From: Candidatus Thorarchaeota archaeon
GTDB taxonomy: Archaea > Asgardarchaeota > Thorarchaeia > Thorarchaeales > Thorarchaeaceae
DNA length: 64,000 nt
Assembly: GCA_020348985.1 (NCBI GenBank)
Contig: CP070761.1
Coordinates: 1,305,747 to 1,369,746, forward strand
Direction: 5' to 3'
The notes under the pieces were generated by a model. That model was given only the letters and a program-made list of their open reading frames with translations. It was not told where the DNA came from and did no database searches. Shown here in pieces: positions 36,156-46,693 of this stretch. How positions within the stretch are numbered: the stretch's first letter is position 1; each line of letters starts with the position of its first letter. The position numbers and the translations under genes were made by a program.

Positions 36156-38171
36156 ATGAAGGAAACAATGAGCAACATCGACATCCGGATGATTCTTCCG
36201 GAGCTCAAGTTGGCTACTGAAGGGGCTTTCATCAAGAATGTCTATCAGTATGGAGACGTCTTTGTACTGAAGCTCTACCAGCCTGCTGGAGGTACATCCC
36301 AATTACTCATCCAGCCAGGCCGCCGTATCCATCTGACTGAGTTTCGTCGTGCTGCTCCTAGAATCCCACCAAAGTTCTGTACAGTCCTGCGCAAGTACCT
36401 TCGCGACAGGCGCATCGTTTCAGTTGAACAGCATGATTTGGATCGGATACTAGTTATCGAAGTGGGGGGAGAGGAGAGTTCGTACAAGCTTGTAGCAGAA
36501 CTTTTTGGCAACGGGAATCTACTCCTTCTAGACCCTGAAGATTCTATCTTCATTGCCATGAAGTACAGGAAGATGAGAGACCGTGACGTTGTTCCGAAGG
36601 CAACGTATCTCTTTCCGCCTCCAAGAGGCGAGGATATCTTCGGACGCCCAGAGGGCTCAGTTGAGGCGATTCTGTCGGATTCAAACGCCAATGTGGTCAG
36701 GACTCTTGCCAGTCGGCTCAATCTTGATTCGCTCAGTTGTGAGGAAATATGTGCGTTGTCCGGCGTGGAGCCTACTATGAAGGTAACAGAGATAGAGGAT
36801 CAAACTCGAAGAGACCTTGAGATGGGTCTGGATCTATTCATTGAAAAACTACGAACGGGTGTCAATGCGCCGTTGGTTGTTCTAGAGGATGCAGAAGAGG
36901 ACGAAGAAGAGAGAACTCAGATTGCATTCTTACCGTTTCAATTTGAAGTCTATAGCGGCAACGACTCTGATATCTTTGAGACATTCAGCCAGGCAATTGA
37001 CGATTTCTTCGGAGTGTCAGTGGCTGAGGAAGAGGATGAGAAACTGGATGCAGTGACTAAAGAGACACAAAGGCTTCAACGAATTGTCGATAAACAACAA
37101 GAGAGCATATCACGACTTGAGGAGAAGACTGAGAAACTGAAGACTGAAGGTGAACTGATCTATGTTCATTTTCAGATCGTTCAGGACGTACTAGATACGA
37201 TTCGTGATGCTAGAGCACGGGGTTTGCCTTGGACTAGGATTCTCGAGACCGTGGAAGATGGAAAAGAGAAAGGCAATCAAACCGCACTTCTAATCCAGAG
37301 AATAGTCCCGTCGCAGGGTCAGGTAATCGTAAGACTTGGGGATATGGATGTAAACCTAGATATCAGGCTCAGTGCACAAGACAACGCCTCGTTGGCCTAT
37401 GAGAACTCAAAGAAAGCGAAACGCAAGGCAGAAGGAGCGCGAAAGCAAATAGAGAAGACTCGAATCAAGCTTCAAAGCATTGTCATCGATGAAGTGGAAA
37501 CAGATGATGAGCGTAGACCCATGAAGATTAGAAAGAGGCGATGGTATGAGAAGTTTCGATGGTTCATTTCATCCGAAGGCCTCCTTGTCTTGGGTGGCCG
37601 AGATGCTAAAAGTAACGAGAGGCTAGCAAAACGACACCTTGGCGCCAATGATGTGTTCTTACATGCATCGCTTCATGGAGCACCGTACGTAGTTGTTAAG
37701 GTTCAGGACAATCCGCCGAGCAATCAAACCCTCGAAGAGGCTGCACAGTTTGCAGTCACATTCTCTCGGGCTTGGCAGGATGGTGTATCCAGTGGAGACG
37801 CATATTGGGTTACGCCAGAGCAGGTGAGCTTCACTCCACCGACAGGTGAGTTCCTCCCAGCAGGCTCTGTTATGATCTATGGGACAAAGAACTACATACG
37901 GCGTGTCCCGATTGAAGTCTCAGTGGGACTGATAATAGACGAGGGCAACGCGATTCCGATGTCAGGCCCGCCCTCTGCGGTCTCAGCACAGACTGAGTTT
38001 CACGTGGGTATCAGGCCTGGGGACACAAAGAAGGGACAATTGGTTAAGGAGATCGTTAGCCACTTCCGAAGACTAGTACCAGATGATGCAAGGCATCTCA
38101 TTGCCGAAATCCCTCAAGAGGATTTTATGAGAGTACTTCCTTCAGGCGGCGGTAAGCTGATAAATCCCTAG
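36156..38171 (+). CDS. rqcH: Ribosome quality control factor Rqc2/NEMF
   Basis: MSNIDI, LVAELFGNGN, WYEKFRWFISS, GGRDA.SNE, FLHA..HGAP. Confidence 0.93.
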   Translation: MKETMSNIDIRMILPELKLATEGAFIKNVYQYGDVFVLKLYQPAGGTSQLLIQPGRRIHLTEFRRAAPRIPPKFCTVLRKYLRDRRIVSVEQHDLDRILVIEVGGEESSYKLVAELFGNGNLLLLDPEDSIFIAMKYRKMRDRDVVPKATYLFPPPRGEDIFGRPEGSVEAILSDSNANVVRTLASRLNLDSLSCEEICALSGVEPTMKVTEIEDQTRRDLEMGLDLFIEKLRTGVNAPLVVLEDAEEDEEERTQIAFLPFQFEVYSGNDSDIFETFSQAIDDFFGVSVAEEEDEKLDAVTKETQRLQRIVDKQQESISRLEEKTEKLKTEGELIYVHFQIVQDVLDTIRDARARGLPWTRILETVEDGKEKGNQTALLIQRIVPSQGQVIVRLGDMDVNLDIRLSAQDNASLAYENSKKAKRKAEGARKQIEKTRIKLQSIVIDEVETDDERRPMKIRKRRWYEKFRWFISSEGLLVLGGRDAKSNERLAKRHLGANDVFLHASLHGAPYVVVKVQDNPPSNQTLEEAAQFAVTFSRAWQDGVSSGDAYWVTPEQVSFTPPTGEFLPAGSVMIYGTKNYIRRVPIEVSVGLIIDEGNAIPMSGPPSAVSAQTEFHVGIRPGDTKKGQLVKEIVSHFRRLVPDDARHLIAEIPQEDFMRVLPSGGGKLINP

Positions 38172-38311
38172 CCCGTTCGTCAGCTTCAAGTGACACGACT
38201 TAACGGAGCCCTATCCAATACTAACGAGACTCGACAAGTTTAAAACAAAGGTCAAGACGGGGGAGCCGACAGAACCACTTGAACAAGTGTTTCTGACTGA
38301 TTTCGTAGGGC

Positions 38312-38890
38312 TTGTGGTTGAATATGGCTGAAAACTCTCATTCAATGATTGTGAAGGACATTATGACCGTAAATGTAGTCACTATGCCGCCTGATGCCAC
38401 CGTGCTTGAAGTCGCTCAGGCAATGACTGAGATGGATATTGGCTCGATCGTTATTGTTGAGAGTCAGAAACCGATTGGGATTATTACGGAATCAGACATA
38501 GTCCGTAGAGTCACAGCGGAGCGAAAAGATGCAAGTCTGACAAGTGCCAAGGAGATAATGAGCACTCCACTTGTCCATGTAACTCCCAATACAGCTCTTA
38601 CGGAAGCAATGCGAGTTATGGCGCGAAGTGGTATAAGAAGAGTTGCCGTTCTGAAGAAGGACTCTCTGGCAGGGATTATCACATCAAGGGATCTCCTTCA
38701 ATGGTCTCCTGAACTCATAGACATTCTTGTGGAGTCCCTTCGGCTGAAAGATAGTGAGAATGCCGCACAAGGAGAGGAGCTGGAAGACGAGCTGTCTGAG
38801 CTTGGTGGAGTATGTGACAGCTGTGGAGAGTACTCTACGGAACTTGAACTCGAAGACGGCAGGTATTTGTGTGAGGCCTGCCGGGAATAG
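38312..38890 (+). CDS. CBS-pair protein with C-terminal Zn ribbon
   Basis: VKDIMT, GIITESD, CDSC..CEAC. Confidence 0.88.
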   Translation: MWLNMAENSHSMIVKDIMTVNVVTMPPDATVLEVAQAMTEMDIGSIVIVESQKPIGIITESDIVRRVTAERKDASLTSAKEIMSTPLVHVTPNTALTEAMRVMARSGIRRVAVLKKDSLAGIITSRDLLQWSPELIDILVESLRLKDSENAAQGEELEDELSELGGVCDSCGEYSTELELEDGRYLCEACRE

Positions 38891-38952
38891 CCGGTAGGGA
38901 ATCTTTCATTATTGGGTTGTGACTAGTAGTAATCAGTCATGGAGGAATATCA

Positions 38953-39768
38953 TTGAAAGTGAGTGCAATAATGGTAGAACCGGTTACCATCGACAAAGAC
39001 CAGAGGTTATCAAATGCCCTGGATATTCTTGACAAGAAGAAAGTCGACCGGCTGATTGTTACTAGAAATGGTAAGGTGCAGGGAATCATTACCTATGCTG
39101 ACATAGCAGACAGGCTAGGTGTGAGCAAAGTTGTAGCGGTTTCAATTAAGAGATTGCATGTTTCGAGTGCAATGACTGACACTGTGATCACTGTCTCAGC
39201 TGATGATGTTGTTGTTGATGTTGCTAAACTCATGATTGAGCGTGGAATGAGTGGTTGTCCAGTTGTTGATGAGGAGGGCAAGCTGATTGGGGTGATCACA
39301 AAGAGAGAAACCACGGAGCTTGTCAAGAAATTTGATAATGTCAAGGTCGAGGATTTGATGACGTCAGCTGACATCTTGCAGGTTAACCCTGTTGAACGCC
39401 TGGTCAAGGCCAGAATGGAGATGCTCACTGCGGGATATTCAGGATTGCCGGTCACCGATGCTGGACGGGTACTTGGCTTGCTGACTGAGAAGATGGTAGC
39501 GGAAGCCATGGCACGGTTCAGCGAAGAAGTCCCAGACAAATATAGAGCCAGCCAAGTACGACAGATTCGCGTCGTTGATGCGATGATGAGGGGACCTCCG
39601 CTGGCGTCTCCAGATATGTCTCTTTCAGAGGCAGCCACGCTGATGCTTGACGCCAACTTGAACACAATCCCGGTAGTAGGTTCCGGGAACAAACTAATGG
39701 GAATGATCAGCGCGACGGACTTTACTCGTTTCGTTGCAAACAGATTCAAACTGACAGAGGAAGAGTGA
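38953..39768 (+). CDS. Four-CBS-domain protein
   Basis: Repeated GIIT..D, PVV, V.D.M motifs. Confidence 0.88.
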   Translation: MKVSAIMVEPVTIDKDQRLSNALDILDKKKVDRLIVTRNGKVQGIITYADIADRLGVSKVVAVSIKRLHVSSAMTDTVITVSADDVVVDVAKLMIERGMSGCPVVDEEGKLIGVITKRETTELVKKFDNVKVEDLMTSADILQVNPVERLVKARMEMLTAGYSGLPVTDAGRVLGLLTEKMVAEAMARFSEEVPDKYRASQVRQIRVVDAMMRGPPLASPDMSLSEAATLMLDANLNTIPVVGSGNKLMGMISATDFTRFVANRFKLTEEE

Positions 39769-39810
39769 ATCCGGCATATGGAGCCTCTTCTCTAGAGGGG
39801 CTGAAATCAA

Positions 39811-41121
39811 ATGACAATCGATCTCCTGCTCGCGAACGGATTTGTGATTCTGGAGGGCAGAGAGGTCGTCCGTTCGGTTGGAATTGATGCTGGCAGGATT
39901 GAAGGGATTTACGAGTCGGGAGCCAAACCCAAATCGGCTGAATCGATAGACTGCGCGCAGAAGTACATACTTCCGGGCACAATAGATACACATGTGCATC
40001 TGAGAGACCTGAATCTAGAGTACAAGGAAGATTTCCTAACTGGCACAATGGCTGCAGCAGCTGGTGGCGTGACGACCGTCGTGGATATGCCAAATTCAGA
40101 CCCACCAACTTTGACGAGGTCGACGTTAGACAAGAAGATTAGTGAGGCAGAGGAAAAGCGATACGTAAACATTGGATTCTTCGCCGGAATTCAATGGGGA
40201 AAACAAGGATTCGATGTGAGCTTAAGCCACGATATCTTGGGCGTGAAGGTGTATCCACATTCGCCTCTGAAAGAGGAAGTCTCCTACACGCCGTCCAGAA
40301 TAAGAGAATGCATGAAAATCTCAGTTGAGCACGACCTTCCCATACTTATTCATCCAGATTCATCTGATGCCAAGAAGAAGCCTGCAGATGCCGACGAGTT
40401 CTTTCAGCAGCATAGTTGTGAGAGTGAGGTAGAAAGCCTGAGACGGTTCCTACTGGGACAGAGTGTTGTTGGCGGACGACTACATGTTTGTCATGTGAGC
40501 TGCGCGACGACAGTTCGAACGATTGAAGAAAACAGAGCGGAAATGAGTCTCACTGCAGAAGTGTGCCCCCATCACATGTTCCTATCAAGTGGAGAATTCA
40601 CACACAACGACGGAAGAGCGAAAGCGCTACCCCCATTACGTTCGCCTTATGATGCCTCGATTCTACGAAATGCCTTGAAAATGTGTACCATCGACATTGT
40701 GGTTTCAGATCATGCTCCACACACTGTTGAAGAGAAAAAACTGCCATTCATGGAAGCCCCGTCGGGAATCGCTGGCCTTGAGACAACTGTCCCAATCCTG
40801 TTGACAGAAGTTTTTGAAGGCAGAATGTCGTGGGTCGAATATCTGCGATGTTGCTGCTCTGGACCAGCCCGGGTGTTTGGCATTGCCAACAAGGGTGTGT
40901 TGAGCAAGGGATTCGATGCGGACATTACTGTCGTTAGTCGAGAAGAGTATTCTCTATCTAGCAATTCATTCTTGTCAAAAGCCAAGATGACTCCATTTGA
41001 GGGCAGAAGAGTCCAGGCCAAGCCGGTCCTTACTATCGTTGGAGGAGAAGTCGTCTACGACAATGGAAAAATCGTGATGGCCCGGGGAACAGCGGGTCGA
41101 GTACCTGTGCGAAAGACATAA
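39811..41121 (+). CDS. pyrC: Dihydroorotase-family amidohydrolase
   Basis: PGTIDTHVHLRD, DMPN, EVCPHH, SDHAPH. Confidence 0.85.
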   Translation: MTIDLLLANGFVILEGREVVRSVGIDAGRIEGIYESGAKPKSAESIDCAQKYILPGTIDTHVHLRDLNLEYKEDFLTGTMAAAAGGVTTVVDMPNSDPPTLTRSTLDKKISEAEEKRYVNIGFFAGIQWGKQGFDVSLSHDILGVKVYPHSPLKEEVSYTPSRIRECMKISVEHDLPILIHPDSSDAKKKPADADEFFQQHSCESEVESLRRFLLGQSVVGGRLHVCHVSCATTVRTIEENRAEMSLTAEVCPHHMFLSSGEFTHNDGRAKALPPLRSPYDASILRNALKMCTIDIVVSDHAPHTVEEKKLPFMEAPSGIAGLETTVPILLTEVFEGRMSWVEYLRCCCSGPARVFGIANKGVLSKGFDADITVVSREEYSLSSNSFLSKAKMTPFEGRRVQAKPVLTIVGGEVVYDNGKIVMARGTAGRVPVRKT

Positions 41122-41158
41122 CCGCTTACCTTCTGTCTGTTTGTTAGGTTAATACCGC

Positions 41159-41788
41159 TTGTCTCACGAATACTCTGATGAAGAAGGAATCCTCCTGGTA
41201 AAGCTGGCTAGAGACGCTGTGGAGAACTTCGTAAAGACTGGTGTCAAGATAGATGTTCCACAGGATATCTCGATGAAGCTTAAAGAGATGTCAGGAGTAT
41301 TTGTGACACTGAACAGCGTTAACGCAGATGGGGTCTCCCTCAGAGGTTGTATAGGTCGTCCATATCCTAATCAACCACTTGTCGAGGCGACAGTAGATTC
41401 TGCTCTTGATGCTGCAGTTAATGATCCGAGATTTCCTCCCGTTACAGGAAAGGAGCTTGACGCAATCTTGGTTGACCTGAGTGTTCTTACACCTCCAAAG
41501 AAGATTGAATATTCAAATCCTGAAGAGCTCCTGTCTCTCGTTAAGATCGGTCGTGACGGGCTCATTGTCTCAAAAGGAAAAGCAAGGGGGCTCCTACTTC
41601 CTCAGGTACCGGTGGACTGGGGATGGAGTGTACAGGAGTTCTTGGAGCACACATGTAACAAGGCTTGGCTTCCCAAGGATGCTTGGAGAGATCCGGACAC
41701 TGAATTCATGTCTTTCCAGGCCGAAATCTTCGGAGAAGAGAGTCCTGGAGGTAACATAATCAGAAATCCAAAGCATCCAAGGTGCTAG
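41159..41788 (+). CDS. AMMECR1-family protein
   Basis: GVFVTL, LRGCIG, DPRF, GLLLPQV. Confidence 0.93.
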   Translation: MSHEYSDEEGILLVKLARDAVENFVKTGVKIDVPQDISMKLKEMSGVFVTLNSVNADGVSLRGCIGRPYPNQPLVEATVDSALDAAVNDPRFPPVTGKELDAILVDLSVLTPPKKIEYSNPEELLSLVKIGRDGLIVSKGKARGLLLPQVPVDWGWSVQEFLEHTCNKAWLPKDAWRDPDTEFMSFQAEIFGEESPGGNIIRNPKHPRC

Positions 41789-42663
41789 ATAAGGAGAGAC
41801 TTGTCATGCGCGAACCGCCTCCACACATAATTGAGAGCCTCAAGAGATTTCTGGATGAAGACGTCAGATCGGGAGACCTGACAACCAAAGCCATGGGCGA
41901 GCTTGCAGCGCCTGCTGTAGCAACAATCTTCTCAAGATCCAACACAATACTCGCTGGAATTGAAGAGGTAGTGGCCCTTGCAGAGATTGCGGGAGTAAAG
42001 CATGAGGTTCTTGCATTTGAGGGCAATTGGATTGAACCCGGTACGGCGGTCATGCGACTGAATGGAACTGCAAGATCTCTATTGGCTATTGAGAGAGTCT
42101 GTCTAAACATAATACAGCGTATGAGTGGAATTGCTTCGAAAACATACAATCTGGTACAGATCGCTAAGAAAGTGAATGCTTCAGTGATTGTTGCGGCTAC
42201 TCGAAAGACAACACCTGGTTTCAGGTACTTTGAGAAACGAGCAGTCCAAATCGGCGGCGGCGACCCACATCGATATGCTTTGGATGACATGGTGCTAATC
42301 AAGAACAACCACATAGCACTCGTTGGGACTGTAGGCCAGGCAGTGAGAATGGCTAAGGAGTCTGTTTCGTACACGAAGAAAGTCTCTTGTGAGGTTAGAA
42401 GCCTGGCAGAGGCACTGGAAGCGGTCTCTGCCGGAGCGGATATCATCCTTCTAGACAATCTAGGTCCGAAGGATATCGAAGAAATACATGCTGCACTTGT
42501 TGATAGTGGGACGCGTGACAGAGTACTGCTTGAGGCATCAGGCGGAATCGATGAGCAAACAATCAAAGAATACGCCAGTTCCGGAGTTGATGTCATATCC
42601 TGTGGTGCATTGACACATTCGTACGATTCTTCCAACTTCAACATGAGCATCTCGTTGAGATAG
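41782..42663 (+). CDS. nadC: Quinolinate phosphoribosyltransferase (NadC/ModD family)
   Basis: TRKTTPG, HR..LDD..LIKNNH, ILLDN, EASGGI. Confidence 0.88.
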   Translation: MLDKERLVMREPPPHIIESLKRFLDEDVRSGDLTTKAMGELAAPAVATIFSRSNTILAGIEEVVALAEIAGVKHEVLAFEGNWIEPGTAVMRLNGTARSLLAIERVCLNIIQRMSGIASKTYNLVQIAKKVNASVIVAATRKTTPGFRYFEKRAVQIGGGDPHRYALDDMVLIKNNHIALVGTVGQAVRMAKESVSYTKKVSCEVRSLAEALEAVSAGADIILLDNLGPKDIEEIHAALVDSGTRDRVLLEASGGIDEQTIKEYASSGVDVISCGALTHSYDSSNFNMSISLR

Positions 42664-42672
42664 TAGAATTAA

Positions 42673-42697
42673 TGTTGCCCCGGCCGGGATTGAACCC
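42673..42697 (-). repeat. Degenerate copy of the tRNA-Glu 3' end (att-like)
   Basis: TGTTGCCCCGGCCGGGATT-GAACCC vs TGGTGCCCCGGCCGGGATTCGAACCC at 43928-43953. Confidence 0.8.
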
Positions 42698-42749
42698 TCA
42701 CATACTTAATTCAGGCTCAAATCTAGCAGTGTACAATAGATTCCATGGT

Positions 42750-43823
42750 CTAAATGGTCCAGAATGCCCATTCGTTGTCCACTTTCTCACCCATCAGTTT
42801 CCCCTTGTCGAAACGTCTCTTTACAGTCGTATAGATCATCCTATCTCTATTCCTAGCTCTGGGGTCTGCTTCCTTGAGAGCCGCGATTACTTCAGACATG
42901 GTTCTTCTATTGGGCAACTTGAAGTATCCGATTTTGATGAGGTCATTGATAGCCTTTGCTGGTGACCAAGGGTCTGGTTTCGATGCTATCTCTGAATCAA
43001 GTGACCTTCTTGCCTCTCCAAACTTGAGCTCGAGCTTGTCCACAGGTATGCCAACAATGTCTATCTTGTCAAGGTCGCCAATCCCTAGCCCTTTCTCAAC
43101 AAAAGCTTGTATCACCTGGGCCTTTTGCGGTTTAATACCAGCGAGATGGAGTCCGACGGTCTCTACTGCTACAGCATCTCGTCCAACAAAGAGAATGTCA
43201 GTCTGAGTTCTCGCTCCCTTCCCCTTGAAGAACTTCGAGAAGTAAGTAGCATCCAAAACAGCTAGGTCGACTCCTCCGACAGCCTCATAGAGGGATGTGA
43301 GGAGATTGAAGAATATCTCACTCTTGTGATACTGCACCTTCTTTCTTGTGGGCGGGAGACCAAAGAGGTTCTTGAGGATGCTTCCCCTCTCATAGGTCCT
43401 CATGACATGGGTGTTGACAAAGACATGCGGTTTCAAGACGAGTTTCGCGAGGTCAATGACGACTTCCCGTATTGGATTCGCAACCTCAACTGGGATAGTT
43501 TCCTTTTCGGTGGAGAGATTCACTGGCACAACATTATCTGAGAATAGCGACTCCCAAACCTTTAGTCGGTCAGTACCTGTTCCTTGAGAGTTGTCAGTTT
43601 CAACCAGGTACTTCTTTGGCGCCTGTGAGAATGCTTTGATAATACTACTGACGGTTTCCACGGTAGAATACCATCCGGTCTCAGGGTAGAAAACACCTAC
43701 TTTGATTACGACCTCACGATCTGAAGCATTGATGTCGTCGATTCCGCCTATGAGATCGCAAGCATACTTCACTGCGTCCTGCTTTTCCTTTCTCAGGTCG
43801 ACTGCTGCCACAACTGCATTCAA
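42750..43823 (-). CDS. DUF362-like protein with C-terminal winged helix
   Basis: VVIK, ILKNLFG, D.VAVE, GLGIGDL..I; no ferredoxin module. Confidence 0.7.
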   Translation of the reverse strand: MNAVVAAVDLRKEKQDAVKYACDLIGGIDDINASDREVVIKVGVFYPETGWYSTVETVSSIIKAFSQAPKKYLVETDNSQGTGTDRLKVWESLFSDNVVPVNLSTEKETIPVEVANPIREVVIDLAKLVLKPHVFVNTHVMRTYERGSILKNLFGLPPTRKKVQYHKSEIFFNLLTSLYEAVGGVDLAVLDATYFSKFFKGKGARTQTDILFVGRDAVAVETVGLHLAGIKPQKAQVIQAFVEKGLGIGDLDKIDIVGIPVDKLELKFGEARRSLDSEIASKPDPWSPAKAINDLIKIGYFKLPNRRTMSEVIAALKEADPRARNRDRMIYTTVKRRFDKGKLMGEKVDNEWAFWTI

Positions 43824-43927
43824 ACTACAATCTCACCCGATGATACACGCTCTGCCTCTTGCAGATATGTTTTCGACTCAAACATTCCGAGCTACAGGGA
43901 TTATGGTTTCTGCTTAGAGAAAGAGAA

Positions 43928-44005
43928 TGGTGCCCCGGCCGGGATTCGAACCCGGGTCATAGGGTCGAAAACCCTAGATGCTGGGCCGGGCTACACTACC
44001 GGGGC
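43928..44005 (-). tRNA. tRNA-Glu(UUC), CCA encoded
   Basis: GCCCCGG acceptor, TAGGG-TTTTCGA-CCCTA anticodon arm, GGTTCGAATCC T arm. Confidence 0.95.
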
Positions 44006-44215
44006 TAGCTTATCGCGAAGCACCTGTTTCTGTTTTTTAAGGTTTGGTAAACGCCTCGGGTCTTGAGAGGTCAAAAAGGCTTACTCCTTGTGTCGTAAGT
44101 GAACTACAAGAAACTCAGCATTCCGCCTTTCTTGTGACAGCTGTAATCACATGTGTAGGAAACCAAACAAGAACTGGTATAACCAAATGATTGGATATAC
44201 ACTGGGGCCATTCCA

Positions 44216-46600
44216 GTGATTGTAGAGAGGAGAATAGGCTGTGCTTTCATCATCATCCTCCTAACAACAGGCTTCTCCTCTCTCATTCTTCCGGGCGAGG
44301 TATTTGGTGGAAACCGGAGTGACATCTCGGTCTCGTCGCCTTTTGAGGCATTGCCGGCCTCGTCTCACATTGACAGCTTGGTGGACCATGATCCGATAGA
44401 AATCAATGGTAATGACGACTTTGTACTTCAAGGCTGGCCAGGCTCGGGGACAAGGGAGAATCCATTTGTCATCAACAACCTTGAGATTGCTTCAGACGAC
44501 GTCAACATCAGAATCACCAACACTACCGATTTCTTTGTGATTCGCAACTGCAATCTTACCTCAATGGGAGATTGGTCGTATGAGGATGCGATTCTGTTCG
44601 AGAACGTCACGAATGGTTCTGTGGAGGACTGCCACATAGGGCTCAGGGGAACTGGCACTAGAATTGTAAGGTCATCAAATTGTACGATCAAGAGGAGCGA
44701 GATCGTAAGCATCGTGATTGGCGTCAAACTGGAGAACTCGGAAAACATCGTTGTTAGGAAGAACACACTCTATCACAACTACGCTGGAATCTACTTGAGT
44801 TCCGTTACCAATTCCATGATCGTCTCGAATACAATCCATGACAATCTAATTGGGGTTATTGTAAGATCGTCAGTATCGTGCCTAATTGACCGGAACACCA
44901 TCTATCGTAACACAGTGGAGGAAAACGTAATTGTGGACGAGCATCCAGGTGGTGTTGACCTTTATGACTCCAACAGTTGTGTGGTTTCTGATAATTCGGT
45001 GTTTGACAATCTTGGCGGAATCTATCTCAATTCTTCCCCTAATTGCACGGTTATCAGCAACCTCATTTACGACAATATCCGAGGTGGACTGACTCTTATC
45101 AGCTCGCCAAATGGCAGGGTAATAGAGAACGTCTTTGATTCAAATGGTGTCTATGTCAGCGGAGAATTGGATAGCTGGCATCACACATTCGTTGGCAACA
45201 CAATCAACCGCAAGATGCTTGGTTATTACCATAATGACTCTGATTTGATTGTTGACGGCAGTACAATTGGCCAAGTGATACTAGCCGAATGCGTCAACGT
45301 GACAGTTGTGAATTGCGACTTTAGCGATACGAATGTCGGCGCGTTTTTCGGGTTCTCATTGAACTGTTCTCTTCGCGACAGTGTCATTGCTGACAGTTCC
45401 GGTTACGGGATCCATGTTGTGAATTCCACGAACTCATCTGTAGAGAATGTCACCTTTCACACCAATCGTCACGGAATTCGAGTGTTCGGATCCAGCAACA
45501 CCAATCTTCACAACAATAGCATCAGCGGCAATAGCTTCTGGAGCGTCAACATACGCTGCTCTCCGTTTAGCACAGTTTCAGCCAATCGTATCCATGACGT
45601 TATGTATGGGATTTGGATGCAGGAGTCGTCGAATTCTACAATTCAAGAGAATACAATCACCAATCTTGTGGATTCTGCCATCCACGTTCATACCTCGAAT
45701 TCTACAAGGGTGAACGACAACACAGTGGAAGATTGCTATGCAGGAATCTGGATGAACTTCTGCAGTGGGTCAATCGTGGAGAATAATCACATTCGAGATG
45801 GCTACGGCAGCGGAATCGTAGTTAAGGGTCTCGAATGTGTTGTGCGACATAACACAGTTCACGGTAAAGAAGAGAGCGGCATCTGGATTGCGAACGTTGA
45901 CGGAGCCGAAGTTCAGAATAACAGTGCTACAGGTAATCGACATGGAATCTACGTTTGGCGTTCAATGAATAGCAGAATTACCAACAATAGCATTCTATTC
46001 AACAAAGAGATTGGAGTCTGGGTGGACTCTGATAGCCGCTACACCCATATCATGTACAACGACGTGGGCTGGAATCTACAGGCAAATGCCCAAGATGATG
46101 GAAGATTCAGTATCTGGGATGACGGAGAAGAACATGGAAATAGATGGGGAGACTACGATGGTCCGGGGCATTACAGGATTTCTGGTGAGTCGGAGAGCGT
46201 CGATAGATTCCCTCTGAAGCTGCACGACCCATACCCTCCCATCATTAACCATCCAAAGGACAAAGAGTATGGTGAAGGAGCTACTGGCCAATTCATCCTT
46301 TGGATGATAAGTGAGGCAGAACCGGGCACGTATCGAATTTTGAGGGATGGGATTGTCATCGAATCAGGTGAATGGATTGAGCTAATGTTCTCATTTCCCA
46401 TCGATGATCTATTGCCTGGAGTCTACAACTTCACCATTGTCGTGACTGATGAAGACGGCAATTCCGCACATGATATCGTCATAGTAAGAGTTCGCCCTTC
46501 AATCCTTACTGCCAGGAGGTCTGTCGTCCTTGTGTGGCTGTCTATTGCGGTGATTTCGATTGTTTCAGTGGTCGTATATAGGAGAAAGAAGAAACCCTAG
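44216..46600 (+). CDS. Membrane-anchored parallel beta-helix (NosD/CASH) surface protein
   Basis: Signal peptide, GWPGSGT.ENPF, many GI...S.N..I.NN repeats, Ig-like domain, C-terminal TM plus RRKKK. Confidence 0.88.
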   Translation: MIVERRIGCAFIIILLTTGFSSLILPGEVFGGNRSDISVSSPFEALPASSHIDSLVDHDPIEINGNDDFVLQGWPGSGTRENPFVINNLEIASDDVNIRITNTTDFFVIRNCNLTSMGDWSYEDAILFENVTNGSVEDCHIGLRGTGTRIVRSSNCTIKRSEIVSIVIGVKLENSENIVVRKNTLYHNYAGIYLSSVTNSMIVSNTIHDNLIGVIVRSSVSCLIDRNTIYRNTVEENVIVDEHPGGVDLYDSNSCVVSDNSVFDNLGGIYLNSSPNCTVISNLIYDNIRGGLTLISSPNGRVIENVFDSNGVYVSGELDSWHHTFVGNTINRKMLGYYHNDSDLIVDGSTIGQVILAECVNVTVVNCDFSDTNVGAFFGFSLNCSLRDSVIADSSGYGIHVVNSTNSSVENVTFHTNRHGIRVFGSSNTNLHNNSISGNSFWSVNIRCSPFSTVSANRIHDVMYGIWMQESSNSTIQENTITNLVDSAIHVHTSNSTRVNDNTVEDCYAGIWMNFCSGSIVENNHIRDGYGSGIVVKGLECVVRHNTVHGKEESGIWIANVDGAEVQNNSATGNRHGIYVWRSMNSRITNNSILFNKEIGVWVDSDSRYTHIMYNDVGWNLQANAQDDGRFSIWDDGEEHGNRWGDYDGPGHYRISGESESVDRFPLKLHDPYPPIINHPKDKEYGEGATGQFILWMISEAEPGTYRILRDGIVIESGEWIELMFSFPIDDLLPGVYNFTIVVTDEDGNSAHDIVIVRVRPSILTARRSVVLVWLSIAVISIVSVVVYRRKKKP

Positions 46601-46631
46601 ATGCTGGGCCGGGCTACACTACCGGGGCTAG
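46592..46631 (-). repeat. Exact 40-bp copy of the tRNA-Glu 5' half (att-like)
   Basis: AAACCCTAGATGCTGGGCCGGGCTACACTACCGGGGCTAG identical to 43969-44008. Confidence 0.92.
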
Positions 46632-46693
46632 TTCGCATCGGACTTCTCTGAGTAGTTGTTAACATTATGTACTTGCCCCTGTGCTGACAGCCA

